This document shows positions 30,757 through 40,188 of a DNA stretch of 64,000 nt, one piece after another. How positions within the stretch are numbered: the first letter of the stretch is position 1; each line of letters begins with the position of its first letter. The notes under the pieces were generated by a model, which did not search any database, had not been told where the DNA came from, and saw nothing but the letters and a program-made list of their open reading frames with translations. The stretch lies in contig CAUVXB020000001.1 of the NCBI GenBank assembly GCA_963555825.3, positions 352,001 through 416,000 of the forward strand, written 5' to 3'. This stretch comes from Alphaproteobacteria bacterium (lineage in GTDB: Bacteria; Pseudomonadota; Alphaproteobacteria; JAAXGF01). The position numbers were made by a program, and so were the translations under genes.

Positions 30757-31912
30757 GCGCGCGCACCCGGCGGCGTGGCCGTGCGGCGCAGGTCGCGATG
30801 GCCGCGGCGACCGCCCCGAAGAGCACGGCCGATCCATACGGCAGGGCGTCGGCGCCCAACCAATCCATCATCGGCCCGTTCGCCGCCGGCCCCATTGCGG
30901 CACCGACGCCGTAGAGCATCGCGAAGCAGGCGCTGCCGATGACGAGCATGCCGCCCGCGTAGCGTTCGCCCAAAATGGACAGCGCCCCGGTATAAAGGCC
31001 GAACGATGCGCCGCCGGCGACGAACACCACCGGCCAGAGCGCGTGCGCGACGAGAAACGACGCCGGGATCGCGACGCATGCGAGCGCCGTGAGCAACGCG
31101 CACCCCACTAGCACATGGACCTTGGGGAACCTGTCGAGCAGCCAGCCGATCGGCATTTGCGTCGCCACCATGCCGAATAGGAACGCCGAGACGGCGAGCG
31201 CCCCGAACTCCGGTGTCCAGCCTTGCACCAGCGCGTAGACCGGCAGGAGCGTCAAGATGGTGGCGTCGAAGCACGCGTACGCCAGGACCGCCAGCACTAG
31301 GATCGGCGTGGCCGCGAGAAACTGGGTCATGGCGCGAAGCGAGACACCGTCGTTCCACTCGTCCGCCATTGAGCGCTGCACGACAACGAGCGGCGAAGCG
31401 CCGACGACGATGATGGTCGCGCATACCACAAACGGCGTCCAACTCGCCGTGCCGGTCACCGCGAGAAGGCTTGAGCCGAGCCCGAAGCCCGCTGCGTTGA
31501 CCGTCGTGAATAACCCCATGACCCGTCCGCGGGCGGCGTCCGCCGCGATCGAGTTCATCCACGCCTCGGCAACGACGAAGCTCATGTTCAGCGAGAACGC
31601 GAGCATGACCCGCAGCACGAACCAGACCGCGAGGCTGTCGAACAGCGGAAATGCGAGCATCGTCCCGGCCGAGCCAATGAGGCCGGCGAGCATCAGCCGG
31701 CGCGCGCCTGCCAAACACAATAGGCGTGGCAACAGCGCGCACGACAGCAGCATGCCGACGCCGGTCATGGCACTGTTGATGCCGATCATCGTGTCGCTCA
31801 CGCCGCGTGCCTTGAGAAGGAGCGAGAGCAGTGGATAGCTCAGCCCGAGCGCCAGCCCGAAGATGCCGATGCTGGCGAGAACGGCTCCGGCGGCCCGCCA
31901 GTCGGTCACCAT
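30647..31912 (-). CDS. MFS transporter
   Basis: About 12 hydrophobic segments; RGRVMG and Q.PIGWL.DR motifs. Confidence 0.88.
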   Translation of the reverse strand: MVTDWRAAGAVLASIGIFGLALGLSYPLLSLLLKARGVSDTMIGINSAMTGVGMLLSCALLPRLLCLAGARRLMLAGLIGSAGTMLAFPLFDSLAVWFVLRVMLAFSLNMSFVVAEAWMNSIAADAARGRVMGLFTTVNAAGFGLGSSLLAVTGTASWTPFVVCATIIVVGASPLVVVQRSMADEWNDGVSLRAMTQFLAATPILVLAVLAYACFDATILTLLPVYALVQGWTPEFGALAVSAFLFGMVATQMPIGWLLDRFPKVHVLVGCALLTALACVAIPASFLVAHALWPVVFVAGGASFGLYTGALSILGERYAGGMLVIGSACFAMLYGVGAAMGPAANGPMMDWLGADALPYGSAVLFGAVAAAIATCAARPRRRVRAPTAPSVLDEAGCSLSAGRPGRASGPRPSRTKSGRAG

Positions 31913-31998
31913 CGGCCCACCTCGTCTTCAAAATTCTTGCTGCCGTTGTATAGTGAATATTGCAATGCATTGACAAACGATAACTTCTCTCAATTTGA

Positions 31999-32013
31999 GT
32001 GAGAAAAATTCAC
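31999..32013. promoter_or_regulatory. LysR-type T-N11-A box
   Basis: Dyad GTGA-GAAAAAT-TCAC between the divergent MFS and LysR genes. Confidence 0.55.
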
Positions 32014-32019
32014 ACAGTG

Positions 32020-32955
32020 ATGACGCGTCGTCTGCCGCCGCTCAATGCCCTGCGCGCCTTCGAGGCCGCAGCTCGCTTCGAGAGCTTCTCTCGGGCGGCC
32101 GACACGCTCGGCGTGACGCACGGCGCGGTGAGCCGGCAGGTCCGTCACCTCGAGCAAAGTCTTGGGATAGCCCTGTTCGAGCGGCGCCACCGCCGGGTCT
32201 TGTTGACTGAGCCAGGACGCGAGTTGTTCCGCGTCGTCGCCGACGCCTTCGATGGGATCGAGTCGGGGCTGCGCCGCCTCGGGCTCGACCGCTCGCCCGA
32301 GCGCCTCGTCGTCGCCATCGATCCCGACTTCGCGAGTCTTTGGCTTGTGCCGTGTCTCGCCGATCTGCGCGCCGCGGTCCCGGGGGTGGCGTTGGAGATC
32401 ACGGCGTCGAAGGATATTGCACCGCTTTCCATCGGGCGCGCCGACTGCGCCGTGCACTATGGCCCCGAGCCGCCCGCCGGCCTCCACGTCGACGTTTTGT
32501 TCCGCTCCACGCTGTTCCCGGTCTGCGCGCCGTCACTCACTCGCGGGCGGCAACGTCTGCAGGCGCCGTGCGACCTGCGCCACCACACGCTGCTCCACGA
32601 CCGCACGACCGCCGAGTGGTACCGATACGTCGAGATCAGCGGCGTCGAGGGCATCGACTGCACGCAAGGTCTGGTGTTCAGTGAGACGGCGTTGTCGCTC
32701 GAGGCTGCCGCGCGCGGCCAAGGCATCGCCATCGGCGACGACGTGCTGTCGTTGCGGCTTTATCGCGAGGGTCGCCTCACGCCGCTGTTCGGCCCCGCCT
32801 TCGGGTCGCCGAACGCGTACTACTTTCTCGCGCCGAAGGCGGCCCTGGCACGCGCCAAAGTGCGCGCCTTCCGCAAATGGCTGTTGGCCGCCATCGCCGC
32901 CCAGCGCGGCGAGTTCTCCTCGTTTGTCTCCAGTACGGATCTGACGGTGCCTTGA
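32020..32955 (+). CDS. LysR-family regulator (GcvA/AmpR-like)
   Basis: LPPLNALRAFEAAAR..SF..AA..L.VT.GAVSRQV..LE motif. Confidence 0.93.
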   Translation: MTRRLPPLNALRAFEAAARFESFSRAADTLGVTHGAVSRQVRHLEQSLGIALFERRHRRVLLTEPGRELFRVVADAFDGIESGLRRLGLDRSPERLVVAIDPDFASLWLVPCLADLRAAVPGVALEITASKDIAPLSIGRADCAVHYGPEPPAGLHVDVLFRSTLFPVCAPSLTRGRQRLQAPCDLRHHTLLHDRTTAEWYRYVEISGVEGIDCTQGLVFSETALSLEAAARGQGIAIGDDVLSLRLYREGRLTPLFGPAFGSPNAYYFLAPKAALARAKVRAFRKWLLAAIAAQRGEFSSFVSSTDLTVP

Positions 32956-33147
32956 TCGACGACATTCGATATGCGCGCCTCGCCCGCGCGCGATTCGCGC
33001 TGCAGCCGGTCGAGCGCCTCGTCCCCGGATGCGTTAAGGAGCCCGTAAATTATACTATGTTTTTAAATGCTAAGCCTGGAACTTAATTTCTCACACTAAC
33101 TTATTATATGACCGCGCGGGCGCCCGTGGAGGCGCGCGGCGGGCGGG

Positions 33148-33624
33148 CTATAACATCGTCGGTTGGGCGTCGTCGGTCGGCGGGACCGTGAGGTGACGCA
33201 CCGCGAGCCCGGTCGTCTCGGCGAGTCGCGCCGCGACGATCGAGCGGTGGCAGCGGTCCGGGTCGCGCTCGTAGCACATCAGACAGGGCCTTTCGGTCGC
33301 GACGAGCGCCGCGACCTCGCCGAGTTGGGCTCGGGCGGCCTCGGTCGCCAGCTGCGCCTCGAAGATCGCGTGGAAGCCGGCGGTGTCGCCGGCGCGCGCG
33401 GCATCGCGCCCCGCCTTGGGCGTGCCGAGCGCCTTCATGTGCCGATAGCCGATGCCGGCGGCCGCCATCGCCTCGCCGAGCGCGCGTTTGGTGAACTCGG
33501 GCCGGCGCGACCACGGCGCCTCGCGTACATCGACTAGCGTCGTCACGCCGGTGTCGCCGAGGGCAGCGACGACGTCTGCCAGGCTTGATCTCTCATAGCC
33601 GATTGTGAAGAGCACGCCAGTCAC
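33148..33624 (-). CDS. DUF488-family protein
   Basis: LFTIGYE, LVDVR..P.SR and LMCYE.DP..CHRS motifs. Confidence 0.9.
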   Translation of the reverse strand: MTGVLFTIGYERSSLADVVAALGDTGVTTLVDVREAPWSRRPEFTKRALGEAMAAAGIGYRHMKALGTPKAGRDAARAGDTAGFHAIFEAQLATEAARAQLGEVAALVATERPCLMCYERDPDRCHRSIVAARLAETTGLAVRHLTVPPTDDAQPTML

Positions 33625-33657
33625 GGCGCGCGCCTCGATCGCGCGCGCCGGCGACCG

Positions 33658-33831
33658 GAGCATTGTCCGGTCATCTTTACGCGGTAAAGATGACCTGCGC
33701 TCAATCGCCGCGCAGGCCGGTCTAATGGAATTAAAGCTGGCCGAAGGGGCGGCGGCCCGCCTCTTGTCCCAATTAGATTGGCGCGGGCTGGCATAGCCCG
33801 ACCGATTCCAATCGATCGGACTATGCGCCTA
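33658..33831 (-). repeat. ~170-bp structured dispersed repeat, copy B
   Basis: Reverse-complement homolog of copies A and C. Confidence 0.85.
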
Positions 33832-35217
33832 TGCGTGAAAGGCGCGCCAGACCTCGTCGAGTTCGCCGTGGTGCTCGGCGAAGACCGCCAGCAGCTTGGG
33901 GTCGAAGTGGCTCGCCGGGTCGAGGCGCTCATCGCCCTCGAGAAGGATCTTGCGTGTCCGCGCGTGCGAGAATGCCGGCTTGTAGCTGCGCTTGGCGCGC
34001 AGCGCGTCGTAGACGTCGGCGAGCGCAACGATGCGCGCGGCCATCGGGATCGCCTCGCCCACGAGGCGGTTGGGATAACCGCCACCGCCCCACTGCTCGT
34101 GGTGCGACTGGGCGATCTCGGCGGCCATCTGCAGGCGGTCGGAATGGGACAGGATCTGATAGCCATAGTCCGAATGCTGGATGATCTCGTCGCGTTCATG
34201 CGGCTCCAGCGCCCCCGGCTTCTTCAGGAGCGCCGTGTTCACGCTCATCTTGCCGACATCGTGCAGCTGTGCGCTATAGCGAATTTCGTCGCAGAAGTCA
34301 TCGGGCATGCCGAGCCGGCGGGCCAAAACATAGCTGTACTCGTTGGTCCGCTGAATGTGGTTCGCGGTGTCCTCGTCGTGGATCTCGGCGGCGCGCGCCA
34401 GGAGATTGATGGTCAGCTTGAAGGCGTCTTCGGTCTCGTTCTGCAGCGTGGCGATCTGGGCGCGCTGGGCGTCGAGCGTGCGGTTGCGCTCGCGCAGCTC
34501 GGCGTTCTTGTCGACGATACGCTCGAACATCAGAGCGCGCTCGATCGCCGAGCCGACGATATGGTTGAAGGGCAGGATCAGTTCCTGCTGCGCCGTCGTG
34601 AAGGGCCGGGGCTTCAGGCCGCCGGGCCGGCGCCGGTTGATCAACTGCACGACGCCGACCACGCTATTGTTGTATGTCGTCAGCGGGAAGCACAGCATCG
34701 AGCGGCTGCGGTAGCCGTACGCGATATCGAAGCTGTCGTTGAAGCGGTAGGGCACGCCGGACGGCAGCATGTAGAGGTCGTCGATCGCAAGCGTCTCGCC
34801 GGTATCCGCCACGTAACCCGCGATCGAGGCCTTGTTGATCGGTACGGCGAAGTCGGCCGTCTTGAGCTTGACGACGTCGTTCTGCAGGCTCGCCGCCTCG
34901 AGCCAGCGATGGCGGCCGCGGCGTCGCGCGGTGAAAATGCTGCCGGCCTCGGCGCCGGTGATCTCGCGGCTCTTGCACAGGATCTTCGACATCAGCTGGC
35001 GCACCGACTGGCGCGTCGGTTGCTCCATGAACTCGAGGAACTCGACCAGCGTGCCCTGGCCGGCGGCCGGCGCCTCGTCGCGCGTCGCCGCATTGCGTTG
35101 TGCCGGACGGTTGGGGCGCGTGGCGCGCGCGACGGCGGCGGCGGGGAAGCCGCCGTAGCCGCCGATGACCGCGTCGCGGTGCTGGGCGTCGTCGCCGATC
35201 GAACCGTGGTCGTCCAT
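33829..35217 (-). CDS. GAF + HD-GYP domain phosphodiesterase
   Basis: GAF (SIAGYVA.TG..L.I.D.Y...SMLCFPL..VGVVQLIN); LHDVGK, HHEQWGGGGYP, ADVYDAL. Confidence 0.92.
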   Translation of the reverse strand: MDDHGSIGDDAQHRDAVIGGYGGFPAAAVARATRPNRPAQRNAATRDEAPAAGQGTLVEFLEFMEQPTRQSVRQLMSKILCKSREITGAEAGSIFTARRRGRHRWLEAASLQNDVVKLKTADFAVPINKASIAGYVADTGETLAIDDLYMLPSGVPYRFNDSFDIAYGYRSRSMLCFPLTTYNNSVVGVVQLINRRRPGGLKPRPFTTAQQELILPFNHIVGSAIERALMFERIVDKNAELRERNRTLDAQRAQIATLQNETEDAFKLTINLLARAAEIHDEDTANHIQRTNEYSYVLARRLGMPDDFCDEIRYSAQLHDVGKMSVNTALLKKPGALEPHERDEIIQHSDYGYQILSHSDRLQMAAEIAQSHHEQWGGGGYPNRLVGEAIPMAARIVALADVYDALRAKRSYKPAFSHARTRKILLEGDERLDPASHFDPKLLAVFAEHHGELDEVWRAFHA

Positions 35218-35255
35218 CTCGATGCTCCTTCCCCGAGCGGTGTTCAAGCCACCGT

Positions 35256-36854
35256 CTATGCGCCCTGTGCGTCGGATGTCTCGTCGTCGAAGTCGACATC
35301 GATGATCTCGGTGATGGCGAGTGTCGCGATGTCGCGGAACTTCTCGTATTTGCCCTGGTTGAGGTCGAGCAGGTTCGCGAGCCGCGAATAGCTCGCCGGC
35401 ACCCAGATGTCGCGGCCTTCGGCGTTGGTGCGGCGGATGCCGAACTGCAGGCATTCGCGTTCGTCCGTGTTCAGCTTGCCGACCAGGTTCTTGGTCGCCC
35501 ATACCGCGCCGTAGCGCGCGAAATCGCTGAGCCGCCCGGCGTGGTTGATGGTGTCGCCGAGCACGGTGAACTCGAGGTTGGTGGCCGAATGATAGGTGCC
35601 GAACCACTCCTCGCCCTCGTTGAGCCCGATGTTGAGGTAGAGCTCGTTGGTCCAGTTCTTGCGCAGCTGCCACTCGTGGCTCAGTTCGCGCATCTTCTGC
35701 TGCAACTCCTTGGCCGAGACGAAGGCGTTCTGCAGATAGTTGCGGTCGGGCTGCGGGAAGAAATAGGACACCATGCCGTCGCCGGCGTGCTTGCCCTGGG
35801 TCGCGTGATAGCGGCGCAGCACGTTCTCGGCCATGTGCCAGATCTGGTTGATCAGCTCGAAATATTCCTCGGGCGGCAGCTCGGCGCAGATCTTCACCGA
35901 GTCCTGCAGATCGGCGACCATCACGCAGAGCGGCGTGAAGACCGGCTGGCGGCTGCGGAACAGGTCGCGGATCAGCTGGTCGCGGCGCGACAGCAGCTCG
36001 AGGAAGGTGTCGGCCGGCGCCTCGGCCGGCGAGTGGATGAACAGCACGCCTTCGCGGAAGAAGGTGGCGTACACGTTGTGCCATTTTGGCGATTCGCGCG
36101 CATCGGCCATGTTGATGCGGGTTTCCGCGATCATGCCCGGCTGTGCCGCGCGTGTCCCATCGTAGAGCGACTGCAGGCGGCCGAGGTCGGCGTTGCTGAT
36201 CTCGGGGGCCAGCTTGGCGAAAGCCTCCTTGGGCAGCCTGATCTTGGCGATAGACAGGTGAAAGCGGATCAGCTCGTCGCGGTCCTGCCAATTGCTGGCC
36301 ACGGCCGAGTTGGCGAGCAGCTTGAAAAAGTTGCGGTTCTCGATCTCGGGATCGAGGCCGGCGGCGAGCCCGAAGAAACCCTCGCTTGCCTGGTCGTTGC
36401 ACCATTCGACCAGGAAGTTGTAATTGACCATGTAGGCCGGCGTCTCGAGCCGGTCGAGCGTCAGGCGCATGCCCGTCGCGGTCGGCGCCGGCGCGGCCTT
36501 CGTCGGAGCCGGCGTCTCGGGCGCGGCTGGCGTCTCGGGCGCAGGGACCGGGCGGGTCGCATCGCGGGCGGGCGGCGCCATCGGGGTCGCAGCCGGTGCC
36601 GCCGGCGGGGGCGCCGATGCGCTGCCGAGCCGGGCGGCGATCTCGGCCATGCTCAAACCGTCGCGCTTGAGGCTCTGGACGGTTTCGATCACGCCGAGCG
36701 TGTCGTCGGGGAAGTAACCCAGCTGGCGGGCCTTCTCGTCGGCCGCCTCGGGCTTCTTGACGAGTGGCCGGGCGAGGATGCCGAGGGCGATATAATTGTT
36801 CAGCGTCGCTCGCGAGATCCCGGCCCGCTCGATGAGTTCCTTGCTGGTAAGCAC
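35256..36854 (-). CDS. MerR-like HTH + PAS/MmyB-like domain + class III adenylate cyclase fusion
   Basis: N-terminal GISRATLNNYIALG HTH; ADLQDS, KHAGDG and TVLGDTINHAGRL cyclase motifs. Confidence 0.88.
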   Translation of the reverse strand: MLTSKELIERAGISRATLNNYIALGILARPLVKKPEAADEKARQLGYFPDDTLGVIETVQSLKRDGLSMAEIAARLGSASAPPPAAPAATPMAPPARDATRPVPAPETPAAPETPAPTKAAPAPTATGMRLTLDRLETPAYMVNYNFLVEWCNDQASEGFFGLAAGLDPEIENRNFFKLLANSAVASNWQDRDELIRFHLSIAKIRLPKEAFAKLAPEISNADLGRLQSLYDGTRAAQPGMIAETRINMADARESPKWHNVYATFFREGVLFIHSPAEAPADTFLELLSRRDQLIRDLFRSRQPVFTPLCVMVADLQDSVKICAELPPEEYFELINQIWHMAENVLRRYHATQGKHAGDGMVSYFFPQPDRNYLQNAFVSAKELQQKMRELSHEWQLRKNWTNELYLNIGLNEGEEWFGTYHSATNLEFTVLGDTINHAGRLSDFARYGAVWATKNLVGKLNTDERECLQFGIRRTNAEGRDIWVPASYSRLANLLDLNQGKYEKFRDIATLAITEIIDVDFDDETSDAQGA

Positions 36855-36867
36855 GGCCCTACTCTTC

Positions 36868-37272
36868 TCAATCGGTGGTCGCGGCGCCGATCACTCGGCA
36901 ACGCGCTGGGCTGACCGGTGCATCCGCATACAGTGGGACGGCCGTCGCGCCGTTCTCCGGCGTCGACAACTCCGCGGTCGACGAGCCGGACGGTGCGCAG
37001 TCATCGCGAATGACGGCGAGCAGAGCGTCGACCGACCGGCGCGCATCCTCGGCCTCGGCCAAGACGGCGTCGATCTCGTCGGCATAGGCGATCACCTTGG
37101 CAGTGCCCGCCGCCGCCGCCGACGGGTGGAGGAGGGGGATCATGATCGGCAATGCAAACAGCAGGCCGGCAATGATCACGTATATGAACGATTCGAAAGG
37201 CGGCAGCGCGCGGTCGCGGGAAATGGCCGTCGCGGCGCAAGCTGCAATAGTCTGGCTCGTCGGTGGCAACAC
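36868..37272 (-). CDS. Small single-pass membrane protein
   Basis: One hydrophobic segment (FIYVIIAGLLFALPIMI); GGAGG SD; 13 bp upstream of the cyclase gene. Confidence 0.6.
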   Translation of the reverse strand: MLPPTSQTIAACAATAISRDRALPPFESFIYVIIAGLLFALPIMIPLLHPSAAAAGTAKVIAYADEIDAVLAEAEDARRSVDALLAVIRDDCAPSGSSTAELSTPENGATAVPLYADAPVSPARCRVIGAATTD

Positions 37273-37340
37273 GGCATCCTCCTGTCGTCTGCTTGATAGT
37301 CCCCACCTGGGAATGTCCAGGTCGGCAACTGGACTGATTA

Positions 37341-37390
37341 GACTGTAAAGCCAGTGCAGTCAACAGTTTATCTAAGTGTCCAATTGGACA
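37341..37390. promoter_or_regulatory. Candidate operator/promoter of the cyclase operon
   Basis: Perfect palindrome TGTCCAATTGGACA (37377-37390); GACTG-N11-CAGTC dyad overlapping a minus-strand TTGACT. Confidence 0.5.
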
Positions 37391-37568
37391 ATCACAACTT
37401 GGGAAGCACGTCGACCAACCCTCGCAAAGCCCTCGATACCGGGCGTTTGCGGGCCTTCCTGAAAGGAGAGGCGGTGCGCGCTATAGCGGGGTGTGTAACC
37501 CCGCGATGAGAAAAGGTGGACGGTATATATAGTTCGACCGTCGTTGCAGGCGCCTCGGGCGTGCCGGT

Positions 37569-37979
37569 CTAGCCCGACGCAGGACCCTTCAACTCGACGG
37601 TGTTGCCGTCCGGGTCCCGGACATAGATCGACGGTCCGTGGCCCTCGGCGCCGTATCGCAATTTTACGTCGCCGACCTCGATGCCGTTCTCGGTCAGGTG
37701 GCGTCGCAGCGCATCCTCGTCGAAGGTTTCGATACGCAGCGCGAAGTGATCCATGTTGTGGGCGTCGGCGCCCGGCCCGGCGCCGCCCATGCGGCCCAGT
37801 TCCGAATCGACGTCGACGAGGTCGATCAGGCTTTGGCCGGCGCGTAGTTGGACGAGGCCGATGTCGTCGACGCGGCGTTCGAGCGCGCAGCCGATCACCG
37901 CGCAATAGAAATCGATCGATCGTTGGCTGTCGGCGACCCGCAGCACGACATGGTCGATGCCGAGAACATTGATGGTCAT
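37569..37979 (-). CDS. VOC/glyoxalase-family protein
   Basis: IDHVVLRV.D..RS..FY, DHFAL and YVRDPDGNTVEL motifs. Confidence 0.92.
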   Translation of the reverse strand: MTINVLGIDHVVLRVADSQRSIDFYCAVIGCALERRVDDIGLVQLRAGQSLIDLVDVDSELGRMGGAGPGADAHNMDHFALRIETFDEDALRRHLTENGIEVGDVKLRYGAEGHGPSIYVRDPDGNTVELKGPASG

Positions 37980-38605
37980 GGCTCAGTATTCCCTGTGGTC
38001 ATTTCGATGATGCGATCGTCCTTGTGGCGGGCGAGCGCGCGGGCGTAGCGGCGGGTTATCTCGGGAATCAGCGACTCGCCGGGCTTGGCCCGCGCCAGGC
38101 CGAAGACGACACCCGGAAAATCGAGCTGCTCCTGGACGGCCCAGATCTCGTCGTGTTCGTTGGGCGGCCGGATCTCGGCCGGATCGCCGACCGCGACCCA
38201 GCCGATTGGCACCGTCGCGTCGGGCGCTAGCCGGCTCATCAGGTGCACGGTGCCGTTGATGCGCACTTCGGCGCGCGCGCCGATTTCGGCGCCGTTGAAG
38301 ACCGTCGCGCCGGTCGCCAGGAAGACGTCGTCGGCGATCGTGCAGCCGGTCAGATAGGCGCGTGGCCCGACCAGCACGTGATCGCCGATGCGCATCGGGT
38401 GCTTCGGCGTGCCGCGGATCACCGCATTCTCCATGATGATGCACTGGGCGCCGATCTCGACCGGTCCGCCGTCGGCGGTCAACACGGCGCCGAACATCAC
38501 GCGGCAATCGGGGCCGACGACGACGTCGCCCGACAGCGTGGCGTTGGGGGCGATATAGGCGCTTTCGTGGACGCGCGGTCGCTTGCCTCGATGTTCGATC
38601 AGCAT
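37976..38605 (-). CDS. Gamma-carbonic-anhydrase-like hexapeptide-repeat protein
   Basis: P.VHESAYIAPNATLSGDV left-handed beta-helix repeats. Confidence 0.85.
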   Translation of the reverse strand: MLIEHRGKRPRVHESAYIAPNATLSGDVVVGPDCRVMFGAVLTADGGPVEIGAQCIIMENAVIRGTPKHPMRIGDHVLVGPRAYLTGCTIADDVFLATGATVFNGAEIGARAEVRINGTVHLMSRLAPDATVPIGWVAVGDPAEIRPPNEHDEIWAVQEQLDFPGVVFGLARAKPGESLIPEITRRYARALARHKDDRIIEMTTGNTEP

Positions 38606-38791
38606 GGCGATGCTCCGGGCGGTGATGGGCCTTCGGTCATTCTAAGCGCCTCGCCGACAGGCTCAACACCCGCCTTGCCGTGGCGGCCTGAGACGACGCG
38701 CCCCGGCGGCTGGAATTCGCTTGGATCGGTGCGCGCCGGGATGCTATAGGCGGGCAACGTGAACATCCGCTTCTTGGTGGGGAATTCGACC

Positions 38792-38971
38792 ATGATTAAA
38801 TCGCTTCGCAATCGCTTGCCGATTCTCGTGGCGCTTGCCGCCTTTGTGCTCGTCGGCGCTTGCTCGCCCAAGGTGGGCAGCAAGGAATGGTGCGACGACA
38901 TGAAAGAAAAGCCGAAGGGCGACTGGAGCGTGAACGAGGCGAAAGACTTCGCCAAGCACTGCCTGCTCTAA
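38792..38971 (+). CDS. DUF3012-family small lipoprotein
   Basis: ACSPKVGSKEWC..MKEKPKGDWS.NEA.DFAKHC. Confidence 0.88.
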   Translation: MIKSLRNRLPILVALAAFVLVGACSPKVGSKEWCDDMKEKPKGDWSVNEAKDFAKHCLL

Positions 38972-39000
38972 TCCGCCAGTTGCGGGTGGGTGTGGCGCTA

Positions 39001-40179
39001 GTGTCCTGATCGATAAATTGATATGATTATGTCTCTATTTGTTTTTAGGAGGCGCGATTGATGGCGAGAGTGGCGGTGACGATCTCTTTGAGCGATGACG
39101 AGCGCGCCGAATTGGAGGCGCTGTCTCGTCGTCGCAAGACGTCGCAGGGGCTTGCGCGGCGGGCTCGGATCGTCTTGGCGGCGGCGGAAGGGTTGGAGAA
39201 CAAGGAGATCGCCGTTCGTCTCGAGGCGAGCGCGGACACCGTGGGCAAGTGGCGTCGCCGCTATGCGGCGGAGGGCCTCGACGGTCTGTACGACGAACCC
39301 CGCCCCGGCGCGCCGCGTCAAATCGGCGATGACGCCATCGCGGAAGCGGTCCGGCTGACGCTGGAAGAGACGCCGCCGGACGCGACCCATTGGAGCCTTC
39401 GCTCGATGGCGCGGGCGAGCGGCCACGCGCCCTCGACCATTCATCGCATCTGGCGGGCCTTCGGCTTGCAGCCGCATCGCTCGGAGACCTTCAAGCTGTC
39501 GAGCGATCCCTTCTTCGTGGAGAAGGTCCGCGACATCGTCGGTCTGTATTTGGCGCCGCCGGATCGTGCCCTGGTTCTCTGTGTCGACGAAAAGAGCCAG
39601 ATCCAGGCCCTGGACCGTTCCCAGCCCCTCTTGCCGATGCGCCCCGGGCAGGCGGAGCGGCGCAGCCACGACTACAAGCGCCACGGCACGACCTCTCTCT
39701 TCGCGGCCCTCGACATCGCCACGGGAGAGATCATCGGCAAATGTTTCCCGCGCCATCGGGCCCGAGAGTTCCGCAAATTCCTCGACCTCGTCGAGGCGAA
39801 CGTCCCTGCTGATCTCGACATCCACATCGTCATGGACAACTACGGGACCCACAAGACCAAGGCGATCCGCGACTGGTTCGCCAAACGGCCGCGCTGGCAG
39901 GCCCATTTCACACCCACCAGCGCCTCCTGGCTGAACCAGGTCGAGCGCTGGTTCGGGCTGCTGACCGACAAGCAGATCAGGCGCGGCGTCCATCGCTCCA
40001 CCAAGGAGTTGGAGCGCACCATCCTCGACTACATCGACACGACAAACCAGAACCCCAAACCCTTCAAATGGACCAAATCCGCCGATGACATCCTCGGCGC
40101 CATCCAGCGCTTCTGCCTCCGAACAATCGAAATCGCTGAACAGCAGGCGAAAATCATGCGAACTTCGGAATCGGGACAC
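39001..40179 (+). mobile_element. IS630-family element (type A)
   Basis: Ends GTGTCC...GGACAC in CTAG context with TA duplication. Confidence 0.92.
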
Positions 40180-40182
40180 TAG
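39058..40182 (+). CDS. IS630-family transposase
   Basis: [25 protein letters not shown] and [10 protein letters not shown] motifs. Confidence 0.95.
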   Translation: MMARVAVTISLSDDERAELEALSRRRKTSQGLARRARIVLAAAEGLENKEIAVRLEASADTVGKWRRRYAAEGLDGLYDEPRPGAPRQIGDDAIAEAVRLTLEETPPDATHWSLRSMARASGHAPSTIHRIWRAFGLQPHRSETFKLSSDPFFVEKVRDIVGLYLAPPDRALVLCVDEKSQIQALDRSQPLLPMRPGQAERRSHDYKRHGTTSLFAALDIATGEIIGKCFPRHRAREFRKFLDLVEANVPADLDIHIVMDNYGTHKTKAIRDWFAKRPRWQAHFTPTSASWLNQVERWFGLLTDKQIRRGVHRSTKELERTILDYIDTTNQNPKPFKWTKSADDILGAIQRFCLRTIEIAEQQAKIMRTSESGH

Positions 40183-40188
40183 GTCACT

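Noticed and set aside
36480-36620. Short tandem repeat (APETPA x2) in the cyclase gene, and a similar one in the helicase tail
   Set aside because: Ordinary Pro/Ala-rich linker coding sequence
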